Shown here piece by piece: positions 56,516 through 64,000 of a stretch of 64,000 bases of DNA (its first letter is position 1; each line of letters opens with the position of its first letter). The notes under the pieces are model-generated. The model did no database searches and had not been told where the DNA came from. It saw only the letters and a program-made list of their open reading frames with translations. The position numbers and the translations under genes are program-made. The stretch comes from a virus, in IMG/VR virus record IMGVR_UViG_3300042453_004683, positions 1 to 64,000 of that record. The stretch is one strand, 5' to 3'.

Positions 56516-58999
56516 ATGAGCAAGACCCTGACCGCCAGCCTGTCCCGTGCCGTCAACGAGAAGGACGTCGAGAACGCCTACCGCGCGGCCGTCACCGACG
56601 TGGTGGGACCGTCCGTCGCCTGGACGTCGCCGCACCAGACCGACGGCGTGGCGACCTGGACGACCGCGCCCGCCACCGTCCGGCTGCTGCTGGAGGCGAA
56701 GTTCCAGCAGGACCTGAAGTCCCGCGTCGGCGCGTGCAACGTCCTCGGCCAGATGATCCTCTACCTCAAGCGGTTCGAGGCGGCCGGCGACGCCGTGCCG
56801 AACGTGCTCCTGGTCGGCGACAAGGACGAGTGCTTCGTCCTCTCCACCGACGCCGTGCGCGGCTTCCTGGCCCTCGACATCGACTGGTCCGTGGCGCCCA
56901 GCAAGGGCAACCCCGACCTCACCCGCGCGCTCGTCCAGGGCGTCAACCTCATGCCCTACGTCTACGACACGACCGGCGCCTTCAACTTCCGCGACGTCAT
57001 CGCCAAGGTCGACGCGCTCGCCCAGGGCGTCGCGCACCAGGTCCGCGCCACGCCCTCCAACATCAGCGCCATCTTCGCCTACTGGCGTGACCGCGTGTTC
57101 CGCAAGGGCGACGGCAAGCACGCGCTCACCGCGACCGAGCAGGTCGACGTGTTCCTGCGCTGCCTGTTCCTGCCGACCGACGTGGCGCTGCACCCCACCA
57201 AGAAGGGCGTCCTCATCGTCCCTGGCTACCAGGACGGCGTGCTCGTGAACGCCGACCAGTACGCATCCTTCTTCAGCCACTTCGTCCAGGGCTACAAGCC
57301 CGCCGAGGTCGAGCACTTCTACGCCAACAAGGACCGCCTCGTCGACGAGGACGACCGGCGCCGGCAGGGCGCGTTCTTCACGCCCGCGCTGTGGGTCGCG
57401 GAGGCGCACCGCGAGATGGACCGCGTGCTTGGCGAGGGCTGGCGGCGTGACTGCGTGGTGTGGGATCCGGCTGCCGGGACCGCCAACCTCACCCGGGACT
57501 ACACGGACTGGGGCTGCCTGATCTCCTCGACGGCTGAGAAGGCCGACGTCAAGGTGATGCGCGAGAACCGCTGGGGCGGGCAGGTGTTCCACTACGACTT
57601 CCTGAACGACGACGCGCCCTCGCCGTTCTTCGGCCCCGACGACGGCGACAACCGCATCCCGTCCGCCGTGGACCGCGTGCTCCGCGAGGCTGCGAAGGCG
57701 GGCAAGCGGCTGGTGTTCCTGGCGAACCCGCCGTACGGTACTGCGGGTGTTCTGGGCAAGGACAGCAAAGAGGGGATTGCGACCAACGCCACGAACGGTC
57801 ACATGAAGAAGGCAAAGATGGGCAAGGCGGCAAGCCAGCTCTACGCGCAGTTCATGTTCCGGTTCATGCAGATCGCGCAGCAGTACGGGTTCACGCGCAC
57901 GACGGTCGGCCTGTTCAGTCCGCTGAACCACATGTGCAGCGGCTCCTACGCCAGGTTCCGCCAGTGGTGGTACGCGCGGAACGCCTACCAGGGCGGCTTC
58001 ATGTTCCAGGCGTCGCACTTCGCCGACGTGTCCGGCGCGTGGGGCATCTCCTTCACCGTCTGGTCGGAGGGCACGACGCCCCTCAACCGCGACATCGAGA
58101 TCGACCTGCGTGACGTCGCCGACTTCCAGGTGCGGAGGATCGGCGGGAAGATGCTCGCCGCCCCTGATGGTCGAGGGGCGACGGACTGGCTGGCTGAAAG
58201 TGCTTCAAGCCCCAACGCGGACGCACCAAAGTTCTCCAGCGGGCTGAACCTGTCCGATGCGTGGGACGGCGGCTGGCGCTCTGACGCGATCTGCGGCTTC
58301 GTCGCAAAGGCCAACTGCCCGCAGCAGCAGCAGATTGTGTTCTGGCTGTCGGGACCGTTGACCGACAAGCGTACGAAGACGTCGATCGTCTGCGACAACC
58401 GGGCGTGGCGCCGTGCCGTCGCCCTGTTCGGTGCGCGGAAGCTGGTGACCGGCAACTGGATCAACGACAAGGACGAGTACCTCGCCCCCGACGAGGCCGC
58501 CGCCGGCTACGACCAGTGGGTCAACGACTGCCACATCTACGCCCTGCTCCACCCGTCCAACAACTGCACGGCCATGCGCGACGTGCAGTACAAGGGCAAG
58601 TCCTGGCGCATCAAGAACAACTGGTTCTGGCGCACCCGCACGGACACGCTCGCCGCCACCAACACCGTCAACACCGGCGGGCTCTACCGCGACGCGCGTG
58701 CCGAGAACGAGGACGCCTACTTCGCCAAGGTGATCGACGGGCTGGCGCTTAGCGACGACGCCCGGCGCGTCCTCGACCTGGTGGACACGCTCTGGCTCAA
58801 GAGCCTCGACGTCAGGGAGGACTTCGCCGCGGGCCACCCCGACCTCCACCTGATGGCGCACGACGCCGGCGTCTACCAGCTCAAGCAGCTCTGGAAGGCG
58901 CTGTACCCGACGGAGTGGGAGGAGATCCGCGCGGCGCACAAGGCGCTCGCCGACCGCCTCCGGGATGGCGTCTACGACTACGGCTTCCTCCGCCGGTAG
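56516..58999 (+). CDS. Type IIG-like restriction-modification fusion (PD-(D/E)xK nuclease-like domain plus gamma-class N6-adenine methyltransferase), 827 aa
   Basis: N-terminal EKDV...TDG...LLLEAK...Q...Y; GAFFTP, motif I VWDPAAGTANL, motif IV ANPPY; ATG at 56516 after AGGAG. Confidence 0.8.
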   Translation: MSKTLTASLSRAVNEKDVENAYRAAVTDVVGPSVAWTSPHQTDGVATWTTAPATVRLLLEAKFQQDLKSRVGACNVLGQMILYLKRFEAAGDAVPNVLLVGDKDECFVLSTDAVRGFLALDIDWSVAPSKGNPDLTRALVQGVNLMPYVYDTTGAFNFRDVIAKVDALAQGVAHQVRATPSNISAIFAYWRDRVFRKGDGKHALTATEQVDVFLRCLFLPTDVALHPTKKGVLIVPGYQDGVLVNADQYASFFSHFVQGYKPAEVEHFYANKDRLVDEDDRRRQGAFFTPALWVAEAHREMDRVLGEGWRRDCVVWDPAAGTANLTRDYTDWGCLISSTAEKADVKVMRENRWGGQVFHYDFLNDDAPSPFFGPDDGDNRIPSAVDRVLREAAKAGKRLVFLANPPYGTAGVLGKDSKEGIATNATNGHMKKAKMGKAASQLYAQFMFRFMQIAQQYGFTRTTVGLFSPLNHMCSGSYARFRQWWYARNAYQGGFMFQASHFADVSGAWGISFTVWSEGTTPLNRDIEIDLRDVADFQVRRIGGKMLAAPDGRGATDWLAESASSPNADAPKFSSGLNLSDAWDGGWRSDAICGFVAKANCPQQQQIVFWLSGPLTDKRTKTSIVCDNRAWRRAVALFGARKLVTGNWINDKDEYLAPDEAAAGYDQWVNDCHIYALLHPSNNCTAMRDVQYKGKSWRIKNNWFWRTRTDTLAATNTVNTGGLYRDARAENEDAYFAKVIDGLALSDDARRVLDLVDTLWLKSLDVREDFAAGHPDLHLMAHDAGVYQLKQLWKALYPTEWEEIRAAHKALADRLRDGVYDYGFLRR

Positions 59000-59002
59000 C
59001 TG

Positions 59003-59031
59003 TTGACGTCGGACGGATCAACAGATACACC
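59003..59031 (+). promoter_or_regulatory. Promoter TTGACG-17-TACACC
   Basis: Exact spacing. Confidence 0.55.
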
Positions 59032-59092
59032 AACAGTGCCTGGCGCCATCGACGCCGGGCGCCCCCAACCCACCAGCAGGAGAACCACCACC

Positions 59093-59755
59093 ATGTTCCT
59101 CAACCCGACCGCGCTCAACAACTTCATGGCCGCCCTGGCCGACGCCCGCCGCACCATCGAGGAGCGCGCCGTTGCGCTCGGGACGACGCTCAGCGACGAC
59201 GACCTGAAGGCGCTCGCCACCGGCGGCAGCACCAACACCGGCTGGCTCGGCAGCATCCCCGTCCACATCCCCGACGGGAAGGGCGGCGCCTACAAGACCG
59301 AGTGGACGCTGTTCGACCACCCGCAGATCGGCACCGTCAAGCTGAACTTCTGGCACGCGCCCGACCCGCGGCGCATCCCGCACAACCACCCGTGGCGGTA
59401 CGAGTACCAGTCGTTCGAGTCGCGCATCATCTCGGGCGGCTTCAAGGAGACGTGCTACCGCGAGTCGCCGACCGGGCTCTACTACTCGTTCGAGAAGTAC
59501 GTCTACCCGGATGGCCTCTACAACGTGAACTCCACTGATGACGGCATCTACCACACCGTCGATGAGGTCGAGCCCGGCACCATCACGCTGATGGTCTGCG
59601 GGCCCCGCAAGCCGGAGTGGGGCTACCTCTTGCTCGGTGAGCGTGATGAGAACGGCTACTTCACCGGCGAGGAGGTCCGCTTCGACGACCCGCGCGTCGC
59701 CGACCCGGGCTTCCGCGAGGCGTTCCTGGTGCTCAACCCGATGAAGCGGAAGTAG
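59093..59755 (+). CDS. Cupin-fold (cysteine-dioxygenase-like) protein, 220 aa
   Basis: PHNHPW...SRIISGGFKE...YHTV...TLMVCGP..PEWGY. Confidence 0.7.
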   Translation: MFLNPTALNNFMAALADARRTIEERAVALGTTLSDDDLKALATGGSTNTGWLGSIPVHIPDGKGGAYKTEWTLFDHPQIGTVKLNFWHAPDPRRIPHNHPWRYEYQSFESRIISGGFKETCYRESPTGLYYSFEKYVYPDGLYNVNSTDDGIYHTVDEVEPGTITLMVCGPRKPEWGYLLLGERDENGYFTGEEVRFDDPRVADPGFREAFLVLNPMKRK

Positions 59756-60012
59756 ATACAGGCCACACACGCGCCAGCGCGTCCAGACGCCGCCAGGCCA
59801 GGCCGGGTTCACAGCCCGCCCTGGCCTTCGCCTTTGGGGCGAGCGCGCCTTCCCGGCCCCGTTCTGTGCAACGGCGGCCCCGTCCTGCCCCGCCCTCGCC
59901 CGCCCCTCGCCCGCCCCTCCTGTAGTATTCCAGGAGCACGGAGGACGACTGCCCCTCGCGAGGTACGGCTGCCGCTCGGACCCACGGTGCCACGCGCCAC
60001 GTCTCTCTCTAC

Positions 60013-60063
60013 GATCTTAGGAGGATAGTGGATCAGGCGGTTGTCAACATTCGCCGCTGCCCA
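60013..60063 (-). repeat. Inverted copy of repeats A and B, adjacent to each other
   Basis: Reverse complements of 41408-41429 and 41544-41566, separated by 6 nt. Confidence 0.9.
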
Positions 60064-60402
60064 CGGCGTTCTCATGCGGTCGAGGGCAGTCCTGTACGGT
60101 ATCAACCCGATACGTTTCGGCCTCCCTTTGGCGCGTCGCGCATAGTGGATCGGACGCCGAGCCACCATCGTAGCCGACCGGCAACCGGCGAGAACACCGT
60201 AACCGCAGGCGAAAGTGGAAACCGTGCGGGCCAACATCGCACCGGAAGCGGCTTGCTCCAGCGCGCCGACACGCCATCCGCGAGGAACATCCTTGCACGG
60301 TTACGTCCGGCGTGTTACTGGAGGGGCGGCCGCATCGTGCGGCATGTTCACCCCCCGCTGCCGGCGCCTCCGCCGCCAGCCCCTTCACACTGGAGACCCG
60401 CC

Positions 60403-60759
60403 ATGTCCGACACCGAGACCTCCGCCGTCGACACCGAGACCGCCGCCACCTCCACGCGGAAGACGCTCGCCCTGAGCCTCCGCATCCTCGCCCGCGAGCT
60501 GGGCGACAACGTGTTCGACATCAACACCGCCGCCGCCACGCTCAGCATCGGCCGCAACGGCATCAACGCGAAGCTCAACGCGCTGATGCGCTCCGGCGCC
60601 GTCGAGCGCGTCGAGCGCGGCCGCTACCGCATCAGCACCTGCCTCAGCATCGACGAGATCGCCGACGCCCTCGACGCCTCCGACGGCCGCCGGAAGTCCT
60701 GGACCGACGAGCGCCGGCAGAAGGCGAGCGAGACCCGCAAGGCCCGCAGCGCCGCGTGA
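60403..60759 (+). CDS. Winged-helix DNA-binding protein, 118 aa
   Basis: INTAAATLSIGRNGINAKLNALMRSGAVERVERGRYRI; ATG at 60403; promoter TTGCAC-17-TACTGG at 60293-60321. Confidence 0.75.
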   Translation: MSDTETSAVDTETAATSTRKTLALSLRILARELGDNVFDINTAAATLSIGRNGINAKLNALMRSGAVERVERGRYRISTCLSIDEIADALDASDGRRKSWTDERRQKASETRKARSAA

Positions 60760-60795
60760 TGCGAGGTGGCGGGCGTGGAGGTCGCAAGCCCTCCC

Positions 60796-62184
60796 CTACC
60801 CGCTGCCGAACAGCGCCCCGCGGAAGCTGTAGCCGAGGATCGCCGTCTGCCGGCCCCCGATGATGAACTCACGGGCGGTCTGGCAGGCGGCGATCCAGTC
60901 GTTTCCGGCGGCGGCGCGCTTGCCCGTGGCGGACACGTCCACCAGGACGAGCCCCTCCTCCGCCCACTGGCGGAGCAGGACGTTGGCGTTGTTGCCCGTC
61001 TCGCGCGCCCACTGGAGCATCTTCGGCGCGGTGACGAACCCGTCCTCGCCAGGCGACACGGGCCACGCCCCAACGAGCGTCTCCTGCCCGCTGTAGCCGA
61101 GGCCAAGCACCCGGCTCGGCTGGCTCGCCATCCAGGACAGCAGGCCCGCGAGGGCGTGCGCGCCCCGGTCTGTGGCGCCCGCGGTCACCGCGACGCAGGA
61201 CCGCAGCTCCTCGATGAGCGCGAGAGTGTCGACGGGAGCAGCGATCGTGGCGTCGGCGTTCACCATCTCGGCTGCCAGCGCGATGAGCGCGGCGTACCGC
61301 GCGACCCGCCGGACGGTCGCATCCGTCTCGGCTGTACCACCGGCAAACACCGTATGCCACTTGGCGAACTGCCCGACCAGGCGGTTGAGCCCGCCGTCCT
61401 TCGACCGGACGATGCGAACTGCGGCGACGGCGAAACGCTGCCCGATGTGCCCGCTGCCGGCGGCGATCTGCACCTTCAGCGCGGCGACGTCCCGGCCGGC
61501 CTCGGCGGATACGCCCCCGAAAGGCGACCGCGGCAGTGGCAGCAGGCGCGCCTTGGCCCCCGTCCGCGTGCGGGTGAGGTTGAGCAGCAGCTCCTCGTTG
61601 GTCGAGGCCGCGATGGAGTGCCACTCGCGGACGCCTCCCGTCGCGTCGTGCGTGAACCTCCCCTCCTGGAAGGCGTACACGAAGTCGAGGAACGTGGCCG
61701 CGCCGCCCTTGTCGGTGCGCGCCTGCCCCTCGTTGACCAGGAGCGGCAGGTTGCGGAGGACGGCCGCGTGCCGGAGGAGCGCCGCGTCCTTGGTGCGCCA
61801 GCTCTCGCGGAGGCAGCCGGGCGCGCCCCACATGCTCTCCATCGCGGAGAGCGCCACGGTCTTCCCGGTGCCGGACGGTCCGCCGATGTCGAGCACGAAG
61901 GGCTCGATGTCCGCCCCGGCCTCGCGGAGCGGCTCGATGAGGATGGACGCGAGGCTGGCGAGGCACGCGACCTGGAGGCCCGGGTAGCGGCGGACGATCT
62001 CCCAGGCGGCGACCGACGCGGACGGGTCGCCCGTCGGGCGGATCTTGCTGTACGGGAACGTCGACCGCGCCGGCGGGATGAACTTCGGCGCGTGCGGCAT
62101 CGCCGGTCCGAGGCGAAGCGCGGGCAGCATGAAGTGGCCGGTCGGCTGGAACCCGTAGTGGTGCGTCTTGCTTTGATCTGCCAT
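60796..62184 (-). CDS. DUF927 / Cch-like AAA+ replicative helicase, 462 aa
   Basis: GPSGTGKT, SMWGAP...SWRT, LPLLVNE, W..IAASTNE, GAKARLL, GHIG. TATGCT lies 6 nt before the ATG (leaderless). Confidence 0.78.
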   Translation of the reverse strand: MADQSKTHHYGFQPTGHFMLPALRLGPAMPHAPKFIPPARSTFPYSKIRPTGDPSASVAAWEIVRRYPGLQVACLASLASILIEPLREAGADIEPFVLDIGGPSGTGKTVALSAMESMWGAPGCLRESWRTKDAALLRHAAVLRNLPLLVNEGQARTDKGGAATFLDFVYAFQEGRFTHDATGGVREWHSIAASTNEELLLNLTRTRTGAKARLLPLPRSPFGGVSAEAGRDVAALKVQIAAGSGHIGQRFAVAAVRIVRSKDGGLNRLVGQFAKWHTVFAGGTAETDATVRRVARYAALIALAAEMVNADATIAAPVDTLALIEELRSCVAVTAGATDRGAHALAGLLSWMASQPSRVLGLGYSGQETLVGAWPVSPGEDGFVTAPKMLQWARETGNNANVLLRQWAEEGLVLVDVSATGKRAAAGNDWIAACQTAREFIIGGRQTAILGYSFRGALFGSG

Positions 62185-62279
62185 ACCCGGAGCATAACCT
62201 GTTCGATTGCCCCTTGCACGGTTGGTGGCTTAGTGGTATGTGATTGGCGGCGGTCCGCTGGCCGCAAGGAGAACAGAGC

Positions 62280-62639
62280 ATGAGCCCTCACCGATCCGAT
62301 GATCCGCACTACAACTCCGTGGTCTTCGTCAGCACGTCACCTTCGAGGATGTGGGGTCTGGACAACTACGCACAAGCGGTCGCGCGTAGACTGCGTGACG
62401 CCGGATACGTAGTAGTGCTTGACGAAACGGCGCCTCAGCCGCGTGGTGTCTGCTACCGCCGCCACAAGAGTCTGCCCCCGCGCCATCGGATCTTGGAGAT
62501 CCTCCTCGACGAGTTCGAGGCGGGCGTCCATGTGGTGAACGAGGTCTTCAATGATGGTCACCATCACATCACCATAGGGCACGAGGGCGACTGCCCCAGC
62601 GGCGAGCACCATTACATCACCCCTTCCAAGCGTCGCTAA
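62280..62639 (+). CDS. Hypothetical protein, 119 aa
   Basis: ATG at 62280 after AAGGAG; promoter TTGCAC-17-TATGTG at 62214-62242. Confidence 0.7.
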   Translation: MSPHRSDDPHYNSVVFVSTSPSRMWGLDNYAQAVARRLRDAGYVVVLDETAPQPRGVCYRRHKSLPPRHRILEILLDEFEAGVHVVNEVFNDGHHHITIGHEGDCPSGEHHYITPSKRR

Positions 62640-62650
62640 GGAGAACCACC

Positions 62651-63355
62651 ATGCCCTACAATCGCACCCGCCATCAGGAACTCACCGACGTCCTCAACAA
62701 TGGTCTCGCCCGCGTGGCTGGACCGCAGCTCGTGGACGACTTCACGGACTCCTCCGATGAAGCCTTCGCCTCCATGCTGGATGACGTGCTCGACATCATC
62801 AAGGACCGCCTCAACAACGGGCGCAACTCGGCCGTGGTCGACCTCCTGTTCACGCCCGCGAACATCCTCATGGCCGGCCGCCTCGTCGAGGCGCTGGAGG
62901 AGCGGGGCTTCTACTGCTCCGACATGCGGCACAAGAGCGAGGAACTCCGGGCGGACTACCTGACCTTCGAGGCAGTCCTGCTGCCGCTGAAGGAGGAGGC
63001 TGTCGATGGGCCGGGCGTGATGGAGGCCCAGATGCACGAGGCGGACGTCACCTCCGCAGTGGGCACCACCAACGACATCACGCCCGGGACCGTGGTGAAG
63101 GTCTCCTCGCCCAAGGGGTCGCGTCGGGCGGAGCAGGCGCGAAACGCTCTGCGTACCGCCGGCTACGACGTCATCGCTGATGTGTTTCACCTGACGAACT
63201 GCGCGATCCCCGTGCTGGGCTATCGTGAGGGCGCTCCCGAGGCGGAACGTATCAAGAGGCTTCTCATCGATCTGTTTGGAAGCGCGCGCTCCAATCTCCA
63301 CAACCCCCGCACGGATCTGACGCCGGACACCTACTACGTCCACATCAACGACTGA
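62651..63355 (+). CDS. Hypothetical protein, 234 aa
   Basis: AAGGAG RBS; C-terminal domain resembles the previous gene product. Confidence 0.75.
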   Translation: MPYNRTRHQELTDVLNNGLARVAGPQLVDDFTDSSDEAFASMLDDVLDIIKDRLNNGRNSAVVDLLFTPANILMAGRLVEALEERGFYCSDMRHKSEELRADYLTFEAVLLPLKEEAVDGPGVMEAQMHEADVTSAVGTTNDITPGTVVKVSSPKGSRRAEQARNALRTAGYDVIADVFHLTNCAIPVLGYREGAPEAERIKRLLIDLFGSARSNLHNPRTDLTPDTYYVHIND

Positions 63356-63376
63356 CGCACCAGGACGAACCGCACC

Positions 63377-64000
63377 ATGATCCCCCTCTACGGCAACCCG
63401 CACGCGACCTTCACCGTCCGGGCGTCACCGACTTCGCTGATCGACCTGCGCTCCCTGGTCCCTGGCGTCCTCGTCCACGGCAAGGGCGCCCGGCGGTGGG
63501 TCAACGTGACGGCCCTTCGGCCGTGGGATCACCGTGCGGACGGCCCCGAGCCGTTGACGTCGCGCCTCACGGTCGCGGCGCCTGGCGTCACGCTGATCGA
63601 GGGGCACCTCCGCGCCCGCGGCCTCGCCTTCGACGTCAAGGTGAGCGGCGACCTGGAGCCGCTGTCCCGCGGCGGCAAGGACGTCAGCGACGCCATCGTC
63701 GGCCCGCTCATCGAGCGAGGCCGCACCGGCATCCGACGTCTCGCGGACGAGGGCTGGGTCCGCACCGGTCTCGCCGAGCGGGTCTACCCGATGCAGGCCG
63801 AGTTGGTCGGCCGCATCGAGGGCGGCGCGCGGGCGCTCCTGCTCGTCTGGCCCGGCGGCTCGGGCAAGACCTGGGCTGCGCTGCTGGCGGCGTTCACGGC
63901 GATGTCACTCACCCGGGCGCCCATCGTCTGCGTCGTCCCCTCGAATGTCCGCCCCGGCTGGGCGCGGGACGCGGCGCGGATCACCGACACGGAGATCCAT
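63377..64000 (+). CDS. SF2 (SNF2/DEAD-like) helicase, 5' part only (not in the track)
   Basis: ATG at 63377; YPMQ Q-motif, WPGGSGKT Walker A, CVVPSNVRPGW motif Ia; runs off the window. Confidence 0.8.
   Translation, partial: MIPLYGNPHATFTVRASPTSLIDLRSLVPGVLVHGKGARRWVNVTALRPWDHRADGPEPLTSRLTVAAPGVTLIEGHLRARGLAFDVKVSGDLEPLSRGGKDVSDAIVGPLIERGRTGIRRLADEGWVRTGLAERVYPMQAELVGRIEGGARALLLVWPGGSGKTWAALLAAFTAMSLTRAPIVCVVPSNVRPGWARDAARITDTEIH

Noticed and set aside
59760-60400. tRNA or tmRNA in the long intergenic gap
   Set aside because: No T-arm GTTCRA with a matching acceptor stem and CCA end found on either strand.

Overview
This 64 kb window is a contiguous piece of a GC-rich (roughly 70% by eye) tailed-phage genome with a podovirus-like virion gene set. 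No integrase, host gene, rRNA, tRNA or CRISPR array is visible. 1-18.5 kb (minus strand): major capsid protein, decoration protein, head-tail adaptor, nozzle, tail proteins and large putative ejection proteins, including a >1400 aa ORF that runs off the left edge and is missing from the supplied ORF track. 18.7-24.1 kb (plus strand, divergent from the capsid operon): terminase large subunit, portal, Zn-ribbon protein and scaffold. 24-41 kb: a RepB'-primase/Zn-finger/UL9-like helicase fusion, N4/N6 and C5 DNA methyltransferases, a DUF262 protein, an HU-like protein and many small genes. 41.2-43.5 kb: a mostly non-coding control region with G-tracts, a tight cluster of CTCGAG sites (a hexamer I did not find elsewhere in the window) and three ATGCTGC-N3-GCAGCAT palindromes. 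43.5-53.7 kb: an array of small early-type genes separated by repeated hairpin-plus-RBS modules. 53.8-64 kb: thyA, probable terminase small subunit, DHFR, a type IIG-like nuclease-methyltransferase fusion, a cupin, a DUF927/Cch-like helicase and a truncated SNF2-like helicase. The most unusual signals are non-coding: the CTCGAG/palindrome locus, the structure-conserved intergenic cassettes, and a 23 bp perfect inverted repeat 18.4 kb apart with a third degenerate copy beside the Rep gene. All family assignments come from motif recognition by eye, not database searches.
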